From NCBI GenBank assembly GCA_020137815.1, contig CM035354.1, positions 3,906,001-3,970,000 on the forward strand: 64,000 bases of DNA, in the 5' to 3' direction. Made by a program: the position numbers and the translations under genes. Shown here piece by piece: positions 1 through 24,958 of the stretch (positions are counted from its first letter, which is position 1; every line of letters starts with the position of its first letter). Source of the DNA: Hormiphora californensis (Eukaryota; Animalia; Ctenophora). Below the pieces are notes generated by a model that was given only the letters and a program-made list of their open reading frames with translations, had not been told where the DNA came from and ran no database searches.

Positions 1-231
1 ATCACTTTAGTGCCCTCAGATTTGTCTCTACTCCTATTCTAAGAGGATTTATGTTTTTGGCTACAGGCTGAAAATACAGGTAAAAGGGCGTGGCCGGTTT
101 GGGCATGTTCTTCACTTTTGCGACCTTACCTATGAACGGGATCGTGTTCAGCGGGTCAAAATAGGTGGGTTACAACCGGAATTTGCTTTCCACCAAATAG
201 TGAGTCAAAAAATTAAGATTCGTCCCTACTA
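1..231. mobile_element. Right-hand part of a non-autonomous DNA transposon related to the foldback element at 10257-11257
   Basis: Positions 1-82 (ATCACTTTAGTGCCCTCAGATTTGTCTCTACTCCTATT...CAGGCTGAAAATACAGGTA) align with 11018-11099. The segment ends CCCTACTA, similar to the CCCCTAACTA terminus at 11248-11257. Truncated by the window edge. Confidence 0.6.
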
Positions 232-427
232 TATTCATACTGCAAAGAGGGATAGTTAGAGATGGGAGGACAGAAAACACTATGTTCTGAGAAAAATGCA
301 GAACGCGGATAACTACCTACTCCAACTAAAATCTGAATCTTACCTTACTCGTTGATCGTCGTGCCCGGGATGTTTTGTTAAACCTGAGACTATTTAGTTA
401 GCACACAGTTCACAGTTCACACTTGGA

Positions 428-650
428 CAATGAACAATAAGACTGAAAAGCCCTACACTTTTCAGCCTTATTTTTCAGACAACTAACAGAATGAACATGA
501 CAATGAACAATAAGACTGAAAAGCCCTACACTTTTCAGCCTTATTTTTTAGACAACTAACAGAATGAACATGACAATGAACAATGAACAATAAGACTGAA
601 AAGCCCTACACTTTTCAGCCTTATTTTCAGACAACTAACAGAATGAACAT
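428..650. repeat. Three tandem copies (73-80 bp period) of a hairpin-containing unit in the 3' UTR of the minus-strand sushi gene
   Basis: AATAAGACTGAAAAGCCCTACACTTTTCAGCCTTATT occurs at 436-472, 509-545 and 589-625. The array ends just before the stop codon at 655-657. Confidence 0.9.
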
Positions 651-654
651 ATAA

Positions 655-3600
655 TCATTGCTTACTCATTTCAATACATGTCGTTTTTCTATCGTCTACT
701 GGAGATTTGGTAGAGATCCACTGTCCTCCGCTACAGGTCCAGCGACTTGTACCGATGAGAACACCGTTTATGGGTGTTATGCAGTTGACCGTAACATTTG
801 AGCCTTCTAATTTCACACTATCTGAACCATCGGCATAGCGGTATACCAATTCAGTCGTTGTTTTGTTGTAGTTACTGAACGCACTGCAAACTGTGTGGGT
901 TTTGGTAGTTTAGCAATACTTAAAATATAAATTGGAAAAAGCCGACTGAACTACCTTTTGGTATTTCCATCAGGCTTGCTACATGTGGAATTGTTTTGCC
1001 CAACCAAATGGTGACCACTACCGAACGTCAAATTTAGGGTTGTGCTATAGAAGTTTGGATTACTTACACTTATCACAATGCGGTACATCACTTGACCACG
1101 ATCCGTCCTGCTGACAAGTCAGTTCTGAACTTCCCACAAGGCTGTGAGTGTCAGCACATTCGATGGTGGCAGTTGTCCCCGTTGGTGAAGCAGCCCAGTT
1201 TCCTTTTGTCGATCCCTCAACAGTAAAGGCGGGACACTGTTGTTCTGAATAGAAATAGTAATTAGTGTGAGTTCATTGCAATTTATAGGGGATATATGTT
1301 ATATGAAGCTTGGGTATAACACTTGATATAAGCACATTGTCCATGCAGTACTATTTAAAGTGGTATAGGTAAATAAAATTTAGACCCTTACCTGCTCTGT
1401 AGAAGTCAGATGCTGTGTCAATGGTACTGTCAAACTGAATCTCATCCACAGCATCACCACCCAACTGTGTAACACAGGTGCTCTTTGAACTATCTGCGAA
1501 CAAGTAGTTCAGCACCTCCACATTATTACATGTGATGATTAGGGCAGCCTTTGTTTTGGTGAAAGTCCAGATTTTCTCCACCTCAACTGGTGGTTGCACT
1601 GGCAGGACTGTCCAGTCGCTAGTGCAGAAGTCTACCCAATACTCCCAATACTGCATTGTGGAGGAGAACTTCACATCCACCCCGCCGATCAAGCTACTGT
1701 CCTCGTCATACATATCCACCGATATAATTTCCTCATAACTGCCCAGTGTAGAGTTTGTCTTTATCTGGAGAGGTGTTCCCTCCAGGTCCCAGGGTATTTC
1801 CACATTCCGCTCTACAGCTGTCCACTCTGAAATTATACAATAAAGATACTATCCACTAAAAGTAAACTAAAAGAGCTATTAAAAGATAATTAAATGTTAA
1901 GTAATGGCTCTAATTGACCCCAAAAAAGTTTAACATATTTGGAGGTACACTGATACTAGTGGGTGGTCAAATTTAGGCTGGTTCCCGGTCTGGTGACGTG
2001 TACGTCCGCGTTTTGGTCGAGATATTATGATCTTTAAAGTTTTCCACGTTTACACTAGTTTGTACATCATGTACCTTGCTTAATACAATAATGCTTATAT
2101 TGCTAGCTAATATTTGGCCTGATCTGAAGAGGACGAGTAGAGGTCTTCCACCATTCCGGGGTTTATGTTTTACCTTGTCTTGCATTATATTTGAAATGAT
2201 ATACTTCATAAATTGTAAAGGACATCTTCCCAATCAACTTACCATTATGATTGTGACACTGCGGTGCATCACTTGACCAAGATCCACCCTCCTGACAAGA
2301 CAATGTTGCACTTCCCACAAGGATATAGTTGGCAACACATTCGATGGTGGTAGTTGTCCCTGTTGGTGACGCAGTCCAGTTTCCTTTTGTTGATCCCTCA
2401 ACAGTAAAGGCAGGACACTGTGGTTCTGAAAGTATATTGGTGTAAGTTCATTTCAATTTACAGTGGATATGTTATGGCCATGACTTACTTTGTACATGGT
2501 GTTGCTAAAATTTAGACCCTTACCTGCTCTGTAGAAGTCAGATGCTGTGTCATGGTTACCGTCAAACTTGATCTTATCGACACCATCACCACCCAACTTT
2601 TTAACACAGCTGCTATCTAAAATATCTGCTAAAATATCTGCTAATAAGTAGTTCAGCACCTCCACATTGTTACATGTGATGATGAGAGCGGCCTCTGTTT
2701 TGGTGATCGTCCAGATCTTGTCCACTTCAACTGGGGTTTGCTTTGTCAGGTATTCCCAATTCGAAATGTCTTTTTCGGTGCAGAAGCCTACCCAATACTG
2801 CATTGAGGAGGAGAACTTCACACACACATGACCGATCCAGCTGCCTCCCTTATACATCTGCACCAAGATCTTTTCACCACTGCCCAAAATGGAGTCCGTC
2901 TTTATCTGGAGAGATGTTCCTTTCCAGTCCCAGGGTATCCTGCCACCCTCCTTTGCCTCTACAGCTGTCCACTCTGAAATACAATAAAGATGGCAACCAC
3001 TAAAAGTAAACTTAAGCAATATTACGTGTAATCAAAATATAACTACATATAATTAAAGTGAGAGTGGACAGAATCAGAATTAGACAAGTTTGTTGGAGGT
3101 TCTAGAGATTAGTTTTATGAGTATTTTGCCTTTTTGCCGCTCAAAATCGACTTATCCATCACTGAGATATTTTTGTTACTCTCGGGGAATTCCTGTTTAA
3201 TCAGTATGTAACAAATAGGATAGAAACAATCGTCGTGTTTTACTAACACATTCTGAATATAAGCAGTGAGGTTGACATGCCTAAGCACAGAAGCAGAGCA
3301 ATGCAATTCAGTATGTTAAAAGTTTATAGAATTTTTTAGTAAAACACAAGGATTGTTTCTATCCTGTTTGATAAATATTGATCCAGCAGAAATTCCCCGA
3401 GAGTAACAAAAATATCTCAGTGATGGATGGGTCGATTTTGAGCGGCAAAAAGGCAAAATGCTCGTAGAACTAATCTCTACGACCTCCAACAAACTTGTTC
3501 AATTCTGATTCTGTCCACTCTCACTTTAAATGCTCTAAATAACCCCAAATGAAAAGCCAGTTTAGGATTGGATGACGTAAAAACTCTGCGTTTTGGTTGA

Positions 3601-4348
3601 GTGCTATGATTATAAGCGGTGTTGATAAAATTTAGACCCTTACCTGCTCTGTAGAAGTCAGATGCTGTGTCATGGTCAAACTTGATCCCACTGACAACAT
3701 CTCCACCCCACTTTGTAACACAGGTGGCCTTTGAACTATCTGCAAACAAGTAGTTCAGCACCTCCACATTGTTGCATGTGATGATTAGGGCAGTCTCTGT
3801 TTTGGTGATAATCCAGATTTTCTCCACCTCAACTGGGGGTTGCACTGGCAGGTCTGGATAACCTTTGGTGCAGAAGTTTATATAATATTGTATTGGGGAG
3901 TCGAACCGCACAATCAATATATTGATTATATTGTCGGTGTCTTTGCCGTACATATTCACAATGATTTCATCACTACTGCCCAAGGTGGAGTCCGTCTTTA
4001 TCTGGAGAGGTGTTCCCTCTAGGTCCCAGGGTATATTCACATCCCGCTCTACAGCTGCCCACTCTGAAATACAATAAAGATGCTAACCACTTATAGAAAT
4101 AAACTATTAAGCAAACAAATTTATAGCTTATTTTATGAACTGCAAAGCATCATCTCTACTATTAAATTTAGAGGGAAATGTTGCTAGAAACCGTTGAAGT
4201 GGTTGTTAGGGGCAGGTGGGGTGAAAAGATGACGTCTCTACGTCTATTAAACAGGGTTTCTAGTTAATTAATAACTGATATTATGTGACGAACCTGTGAG
4301 AACAACTGTTCCACACAATGCAGCTGTGAAGAGAAGGAGACGTATCAT
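655..4348 (-). CDS. Secreted protein: signal peptide, three copies of an unnamed ~140-aa domain (IPWDLEGTPLQIKTDS...TASDFYRA) and three sushi/CCP domains
   Basis: Exons, all phase 1 GT-AG: 4294-4348 (MIRLLLFTAALCGTVVLT, signal peptide); 3644-4063 and 2524-2973 (domain X); 2243-2425 (sushi, CPAFTVEGS...C...C...WSSDAPQC); 1392-1826 (domain X); 1068-1244 (sushi); 655-890 (divergent sushi, stop). The spliced frame is open throughout and no TM segment is seen. Confidence 0.85.
3053..3529. mobile_element. Palindromic MITE, Kolobok-like (TTAA target site, AG...CT ends), in an intron of the sushi gene
   Basis: Imperfect inverted arms of ~190 bp: TTAA-AGTGAGAGTGGACAGAATCAGAATT ... AATTCTGATTCTGTCCACTCTCACT-TTAA. 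TTAA at 3053-3056 and 3526-3529. Confidence 0.75.
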
Positions 4349-5029
4349 GTTGACATACTTTTACATATCACTAAATAAGAGAGTGAACTGTTAACATTTA
4401 TATTATTGAGTTAATCTTAGACGCTAATTAAGTTCAGTGATGATAACAAGATCCGCCCTACCTGAAAATAAGCCGATCTCAACCCATTCCCCCTAAAAAT
4501 AAAACGACGGGGCCGTGACGACAAGCCATCATTACCCGATTTGAAAAAACATAACTATTCATAATATTATCTACCATAAAGCGGTAGCTAGTAAAAGTCG
4601 TGAAACCCCCTGGAGTCACGGAGAGATATTATATTGTTACTTCCGTAACCCTCGCTTCGCACCGGGCCGGAGGCCGGCGAGCGGAGTTTACTAAAAAACA
4701 GGGTCGCGTAATCTGACAAATATTCTAGGGCTCGTTTGATGCATAGTATAGGGGGTACCGCGATGGCCTACAAACTAGGGTAGGACGCGAAACAAAACAC
4801 TCAAAATAGGGAGCTTGCATGTATGCCGTATGGGCAATTGAAAGGGGTAAAGAAGTTTATGAGCTGGTATTATAGAGCTGGTAACTCAGTAACTACCGTA
4901 AGGTTAAAAGACTTCATGATTCGCGAAGAGAAAACCTAACAGGTTAAAACTGAATAGAAGCTAAGATGTGTTTAATTTAATCCCAACTGTCTCACCGAGT
5001 TCAACTGCAGCTTCTTCGAGCTCGGAGAC

Positions 5030-5168
5030 AACGAAGGATTTAGAGTACTATTTTTCCTGTCTCCCGGTTCTTTTAAAGAGAATGGGCGTTAGTGAGAGAG
5101 ATGGAGGGGACAGTGCAAGAGAGAGAGAGAGATTGGATTGGACAACATGGCACACCCTAAAATGAAAC

Positions 5169-5234
<66 letters not shown>

Positions 5235-5820
5235 ACCTTCGTAGGTGCTCTCTCTCCCCACCCTTTTCTCTCTAATCACCCATTACCTCTAAGCTTTGAG
5301 GTAATCGGCGGTTATTGAGAAAAAGGTGGTGATTCGTACTGTATTTGGTATGTATCTCTCCCCCATTCACCTTCAGAACGCTACGAAGAATTGAAAAGTG
5401 CTTTTTCCCTGTCTACCCATTCTTTTAGAGAGAATGAGGGAGAGAGATAGAGAGAAAGGGGGAGAGAGATTGGATTGGACATCTATTTTAAAACACAAAA
5501 AACATTTCACGCCCTAAAACAAAATGGGGAGAGAGGGAGGGCGGGTCAGTGCAACTAAACAGAGATTGGAGTGGAAAACTATTTTAAAACACAAAACGAT
5601 GGCACGCCCTAAGCTTTGAGGTAATCGGCGGTTACAGAGAAAAGGGAGGGGATTCGTACTGTATTTGGTATTATCTCTCCCCCATTCACCTTCAGAACGC
5701 TACGAAGAATTGAAAAGTGCTTTTTCCTGTCTACCCATTCTTTTAGAGAGAATGAGGGAGGGAGGGAGAGAGAGAGGGGGAGAGAGGGAGGGAGATTATA
5801 AAAAATGGCACGCCCTAAAC
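5030..5820. repeat. Degenerate ~320-bp tandem duplication with an embedded (GA)n microsatellite (5171-5233)
   Basis: AAGCTTTGAGGTAATCGGCGGTTA...CTTCAGAACGCTACGAAGAATTGAAAAGTGC...TTAGAGAGAATGAGGGAG starts at 5291 and again at 5611. A more diverged partial copy lies at 5030-5170. Confidence 0.8.
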
Positions 5821-5939
5821 ACCCTGAAGTCTTAGAGAGGTCTTGTAGGGACCCTACAGGTATAATTTAGATGAGGGCTCGGTGTTAGAGCCGACAGACT
5901 GGAAACATGTCAAATATATAACCCTCCCCCGTATTTCAG

Positions 5940-8900
5940 ATATGATTACCTGTGCAACTCGTCTGCAAGTGCCCTCTATAACCTGTGCAATGGAATCATG
6001 AAGACCGTGGAAAGTGGACCTATTGATTGTGTGACGCACCAGGCCTGCAATGCTCTCTCACAAGACAAGATCCTGAGCGAAAGTGTAAGTTTAGGCAACC
6101 TCGCCCCAATCTCGCCCAATCTCGCCATGCTTTATATTATATTTAGAATCAATGTCAGTTGATCACACCCCCCCTCTTCAGATTGATCATAACAAGCTGA
6201 CGGTAAAGGCCTCAGGACCTGACGGCACAACACCTCCCCGGGATGGTTTTGTGAGTCTTCTCGACTGTGATACTATTAGTCAAGCAAAGGGAAAGCTGTA
6301 TCGAGCCATCTACCCTCACCAACCTTATTCCCAACGCCCGCATCTTGATACCCTGAACCTGCTGTGGACACCAGCAAATAGTGCCAATTCTGGGGCCTCT
6401 CTGGAGTTGTCTGATACTGATGAGCAGGTACAGTGGATGGGGAGAGATTAGGAGAGTTGAGTGGGTTGGTTTATCCTCCTCGTTTTGGAACTTGGAAGGG
6501 GGATTATTGGCCCAAAATAATTTTTGGCGAGTGCCTCTCTTACATTTTACCCTTTTAGATGTCAGACTCTACAAGTGACAGGAGGACATTCAACACTCTA
6601 GCTACCTACAAAGTGAAGAATAATGACACGCTAGCCCTGACGATGTTCAATAACTATCATCCAGCCCCCATGAGCACAATTCGGAGCGTTAAGAGGAGAA
6701 CAACCACTGAGGATTGCAGGTTTGTGTGGGGGATGGGAGGATAATGGTTGGGGGCCGGGGGGATTTGCAGGTATGATAACATTTGTCTGCAATAGAAAAT
6801 AAGGGTCGTCTCAATAAGCTTCTCCCTCGATTGTTATAATTTCAACTCCCTGTTACAGGATTCATTTGGTTCGACCTACTTATGGGATTGATTTCCGATC
6901 ACCCGCTCCCAACAAGCGAAGTGATGTTGGTAATGGGACCAGCACAGTTAAACTAGCCAGTGAGGCGTATCTTCACTCTCTAACGAGAACAAAGGTAAGA
7001 TATCCTGTAAAACCCAAACCTGCAGGTCATGACGGCCTTTCTGGGGCATAAGACCTACAGCTCCACTCTCCACATAGTGACAACCTGCGGCAGTTGGAAC
7101 CTCCCCCCCCCCCCCAATTTACCTCCTCATATTTTTAGCATCGGTTAGAGGGTGTGTTTGATGATATGATGGGTACAATATTCATGGAGAGTAATATTAA
7201 CAACATTCCACCCGCTATAAAATACCTGTTCGACTACCTGGAGGACAAAAGAGATAGGATCCCCGCAGATGATGCAAATGAAACCGTTCATATCTGGAAA
7301 ATGAATAGGTGAGTTGTTGAATTTTCGAATACCCCGAACCAGATTCCGAGCAGACGGTCCTTTTGAATTTCATGTCTTTAAATTCCCTACTAACCTTAGT
7401 ATCGAAGACACCTCACGGGGGGGGGGCCGGCTGAAGTTTTTGAAGTTTGAAGTTTTCCACCCTACTTTTTGAGTTTTTGAAGTTTTTGAAGTTGACTTCA
7501 AAAACTTCAAAAACTTCAAAAACTCTAAACTACTTTTATATGCTATCAGTGACTATTATTACACTTGTTTAGGTTAGTTTCATGCTTAATACATATTGTG
7601 GCAAAGTTATCCGTCCTTGTCTGCCCTTTTTCTACCACAAATTAGGATATCTACAATGATTCCTAGCCATGAAATCCACGGCACAATTTGGTGTAAAAAA
7701 TTTAAAGTTTTTGTAAAAACAGATTTCATTTTCATTCTATAACTCAAAAAGTTGCCTAGAAAATGCTAAGAAAGTGTTTAAAAATTATTAAGTAAATTTT
7801 CAAAAATTTTTTTTGGGCCACACCCTTTTTGCCAGTTTCACAAAATGCAAATTTTTTATTAAGGGAGTAGTGAAAAAAATATGGACACCAAAATCATCAG
7901 CGGCCTCGAGTTTATATAAGAGTTATGAAGCAACATAGGTCCTATCTCCAACGGTTTAGGAGATATGAGTTTTTGAAGTTTTTGAAGTTTTTGAAGTTTT
8001 CCACCCTAAGTTTCTCTTTGAAGTTTTTGAAGTTGACTTCAAAAACTTCAAAAACTTCAGCCGGCCCCCCTCCCACCTCACACACCTTCGTGCGCGCAGG
8101 CAAGGGGTAACTTCGTAACCAACTACTAACCTAGGCTAACCCCCATCTTCCTTTTCTCAGTTTGGTGTTACGATTCTGGGTAAACATAATGAAGAACCCA
8201 CAGTTCCTATTCGACATGGAGAAACCACCAATAATGGATTCCTTCCTATCGACACTCAGTCAGTGTCTCATCGACTCTTTCTCGCGGTCCGACCTCAACC
8301 TTACTGAGGTATAGTGAGATATCTATAATTCCATATTGTTGATTTCTTTCCACCACCCTTCTTATGTGGCAATTACCGCTTCCCCCTAGCTCACTAAACT
8401 CCTTGCTTTTTATTAACTAAAACTTTTCGTAACCTCTTTTACGTGGAAAAGAGGCCAGATGGCGTGATCAATCCCTAACAGCTACTGTCCCCTTACAGTT
8501 ATCGTCAGCCAACAAGCTGAATTACAACAAGGAAGTTCTGAAGTACAGAAAGAGGGTTATCTCCTGGTATAGTGATGTGTTACAGGCGCCACGTGTGGAG
8601 CTTCGACAGGTGGTCATGGAGAGTCACCTTCCGCCCATGGTTAGTAGTATTACCAGTTACAAAATTTTGTAAAATAGGAAACTGATTGAGTGATTAGAGC
8701 ATCTTAGGGCAGGGGCGGGGCTCGAGTAGTAAAATTGTTGTTACTCAAAGGTAGTAGGGTAAGGGGTAAAACGGTCAAAAAAGGGAGCTCTAAAGTCACT
8801 TCTAGAGGTTAGACTCTCGTAGCAATTTCCATTTCAACTGACCCCTCTTTCCTTTTTCAGCCGTTCCGAACGAACTTCGCAGTTTCGCAGCTCCTTCACT

Positions 8901-9004
8901 TCGCCCTCAAATACAGGGAGCAAATATCGGATGCCCTGCCCCAGGCAGGCACCACAGTCACCCAATCGGACTTTGATGTTGTCTGCAAACCACCTCACCG
9001 ATGA
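5940..9004 (+). CDS. PLXN: Plexin, 3' part only (cytoplasmic split RasGAP domain with Rho-GTPase-binding domain insert); upstream exons not found in this window
   Basis: Exons 5940-6084 (YDYLC...ESGPIDCVTHQACNALSQDKIL), 6182-6427 (LLDCDTISQAKGKL...PYSQRP), 6559-6719 (NTLATYKV), 6859-6994 (IHLVR...SEAYL..LTRTK), 7139-7308 (PPAIKYLFDYL...HIWKMNS), 8161-8308 (LRFWVNIMKNPQFLFD), 8499-8639 (SANKLNY), 8861-9004 (stop). These match plexin cytoplasmic motifs such as GPIDAIT, LDCDTITQVK, WKSNSLPLRFWVN and SNKLLY. Confidence 0.95.
7417..8073. mobile_element. Non-autonomous TIR element in a plexin intron (GG ends, 7-8 bp TSD; Merlin/MULE-like)
   Basis: Terminal inverted repeat G10-CCGGCTGAAGTTTTTGAAGTTT ... 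AAACTTCAAAAACTTCAGCCGGCCCCCCTCC. CACCTCAC occurs at 7409-7416 and 8074-8081. Subterminal 9-bp TGAAGTTTT repeats. Confidence 0.8.
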
Positions 9005-9779
9005 CATGGCGGTGGAGATGTGTAGCTATTTTAGTGTCAATATATTGAGTTGATCAGTTCCCCCCTCCGAGTTGAAAAGGAGGATGTTTTTAACGAGTTT
9101 CGAGATGGTTTTTGTATGAGTGTTTGTAAGTCAAATCTTTTTGTACCGGCCCCAATCATAAGGAACGGATAATTCAAAGATAATGCTATGTTGCATAAAA
9201 TATTCCTCAAATTTGCAAATGATTTCGTTTATAATTTAGAAGTAGAACAATACTTTTTTCTGGCACAATTATTTCAGCATCAAAAATATCCCTACCAAAA
9301 ACATGAGAGTAGAGACTAAAAGGACAGTTTAATTCTTTGCTGCTATACATATCTTCTTCTTGACTTTTTTGTGACTACACGTTTATCATTTTCAGCAACT
9401 TTTTATCAGTGCCATAAACCTCATCACATGCACAGCACATGTTGTAGGGCTAGAGAGCCTTGTCTGAGATTAACAGAGGCGGTTGGCGACGAAAGGGTGG
9501 AAAAGAACTCTTTTCCTACCCTGTCCCAATCTGTCCTAGCATTTCCAAAGTGTGACTGTGGGTGTGAAAGCACTCAATTATAATAGTGTCGATGTTAAAC
9601 TGAATGTTTGAAGCTTTGAATTGTGTGATTGTTCATCAGCCGTTGTTTTGTAAGAAAATAAATTCTTTATACTTACAATGCGGTTACAATTGGTTTGTTT
9701 AATTTTGTTCAATGTGGAACTGGACATAGATAAAACATTAAATGCTTTAGAAGATTGACGTAGCACGCGAAGAAACCCA

Positions 9780-9910
9780 TTGAACGTGGCAATACTGCGC
9801 GCAACGCTCTTTTGAAATATGCGCGCCGCTCATATCAAGTTAAGTTTTGCGGTCGCGAGTTAAATTTTTCAAACTCGTCCGCGAAAATTGACCAAATTTT
9901 CAATTTTGTC
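9780..9910 (+). promoter_or_regulatory. Putative LIMK promoter (GCGCGC/CGCG-rich core followed by a T-rich leader)
   Basis: Local cluster TGCGCGCA, ATGCGCGCC, GTCGCGAG, CCGCGAAA between the plexin 3' UTR and the LIMK start. The same pattern precedes other genes in the window. Confidence 0.4.
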
Positions 9911-10074
9911 TCTTTCACGTTTCAGTGCTTTTCAGTGTTCACTGTTGTCAGTTGTACGTCCCTCTGACCTTCAGGAGTGCTCTACTTGTTAAGAGTTAAA
10001 GTTAAGAGTTGCAATTTGCCAATCTTTGATTTTGACAGATTGTCCATTTACACAGAAATGAATGTCGACTTCAT

Positions 10075-22854
<12,780 letters not shown>

Positions 22855-23596
22855 GGACAATTTTTAGTACTGATTCAATTTCCATGTGTGTATGTACATT
22901 GACCAATTTGTATTTGTTTTACAGTCCCCCACGGCAAGAATTTGTTGTACATTTGTGAGATAAGGTGATGACCTTTCCCTGTTCACTAGAACTTTCGGTT
23001 ACCACTGTTGCACATTTTCTGCTGGGTAGCGGGAGACCTTGTGAGGGGCATGTTGCGTAGCGCGCAGTAACCGGCACTCTAAGAAGTACACAATCGTTAC
23101 CACTTTATTAACGCGCAAAGTTAGATACGCGCGTAAGAGTAACTGAGCCGCGCAAGCATAATTTAAAGCTAAATAAAAGTCCAAAATTCACAATTTTGTG
23201 ATTTTTGTGCACATTCCAAAATTGAAGTTAGATCTGAAACTTTAACTCTTGCCTCTTGTATCTGGTTTGAAAAGCGCTGCCTTATCCCGCGCTGCCAGCA
23301 ACGTTTGCCAAGGATCTGGTGTGCCCTTTGTTATGGTTCACTATCGTTTGACGCAGGGGAGCTCAATATTGGGGGGGGGGGGGGCTGAGATTTCGGCCAA
23401 AACTAGCGTAAAACACAGGCTTTTTCGCTACGCTATCGCCCCGCTGAAATTCGGAAAAATATTACCTTCAATTAACAAGATTGACAACGATATAATGGTA
23501 CCTTCAATGATGAAAACATCGACTTTTTGCCTATAAATTTAAAATTTTCTTGCGCACCACTATCGATCCGCCACAAGTATAAAACTTGCACTTGGG

Positions 23597-24958
23597 CACG
23601 GCGTGCCCGAGGGTAGTTTAACATTTGTTTTGGTGTCCATCTCCAATTCCGGTTGTAACTGTTGGGGAAGACCTTCCTGAAGGTCGTGGCGAAGCGGGAA
23701 TAATCATGTAGACCCGCTCCGGCTTCAGAAAATTGAGAAAAAGATAGCTATCTTTTTTTTCACTTTGAAAATAAGACGTTTTTTATTAAAAGATCTTTGA
23801 TCAGTAAGATGCGGTTGTCCCCCACCTATTTTTTGACGTAGAATCGAATGCCGTTGAAGTCAAATCTCTAAAATGTTGGCAAAATGGAGAAAATCACGTT
23901 TTTAGGTGTTTTTTGGTGAAAATAGCGTTCAAACTGGTAGTAGATGATGAGATAGAGTCCCAAAACTATCACAAATCGATTTTTTGGGTCTTTGTCGCCC
24001 TAGGAACAGAGTTTCATGAAAATCTGGTACAACGCCTATTCTCCGTTTTCTTTCAAAGAAGGTGAATATTGCTCTAATTTAGCCAATTTTGAAGAAAAGG
24101 CGTCCAAAAGGATACTAGTTGACAGGGTAGAGTCCCAAAAACGTGAAAATCATCAATTTTAGGCATTTTATACCCTAGAAACAAATGGACGTGGTGGTCG
24201 GATGACATTTATTATCTCGGTAGGCCTCTGAAGTAGGTGGAAATAGCCAAAATATAGCGATTGCGGCAAATGAATGTGAATAAACGTTTACCAAACCCTG
24301 CTAAGTTGAAGAGTGGCTCTTGCATAACCCAGAAGCCCACTAAAGTGGGTTTGAGGCCTACCATGTCCATTTGTTTCTAGGGTATAAAATGCCTAAAATT
24401 GATACTTTTCAAGTTTTTGGGACTCTATCCTGTCAATTAGTATCATTTTGGACGCCTTTTCTTCAAAATGGGCTAAATTAGAGCAATATTCACCTTCTTT
24501 GAAAGCAAACGGAGAATAGGCGTTGTACCAGATTTTCATGAAACTCTGTTCCTAGGGCGACAAAGACCCAAAAAATCGATTTGTGATAGTTTTGGGACTC
24601 TATCTCATCATCTACTACCAGTTTGAACGCTATTTTCACCAAAAAACACCTAAAAACGTGATTTTCTCCATTTTGCCAACATTTTAGAGATTTGACTTCA
24701 ACGGCATTCGATTCTACGTCAAAAAATAGGTGGGGGACAACCGCATCTTACTGATCAAAGATCTTTTAATAAAAAACGTCTTATTTTCAAAGTGAAAAAA
24801 AAGATAGCTATCTTTTTCTCAATTTTCTGAAGCCGGAGCGGGTCTACATGATTATTCCCGCTTCGCCACGACCTTCAGGAAGGTCTTCCCCAACAGTTAC
24901 AACCGGAATTGGAGATGGACACCAAAACAAATGTTAAACTACCCTCGGGCACGCCGTG
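23597..24958. mobile_element. 1.36-kb foldback element, Chapaev-like (CAC...GTG ends, 4-bp TSD), between LIMK and MFSD12
   Basis: Arms of ~600 bp (23597-24196 and 24358-24958), nearly identical, starting CACGGCGTGCCCGAGGGTAG and ending CTACCCTCGGGCACGCCGTG. TGGG at 23593-23596 and 24959-24962. Confidence 0.85.

Noticed and set aside
344-383. Minus-strand micro-exon extending the sushi gene
   Set aside because: Splice signals exist, but the upstream exon already ends in a stop and there is no independent support.
955-1067. 23-nt intron or extra sushi exon in the first gene
   Set aside because: Splicing at 1045 gives an immediate stop. The HHLVGQNNSTC-like remnant is out of frame and lacks the first Cys residues, and the 891-1067 intron gives a clean frame.
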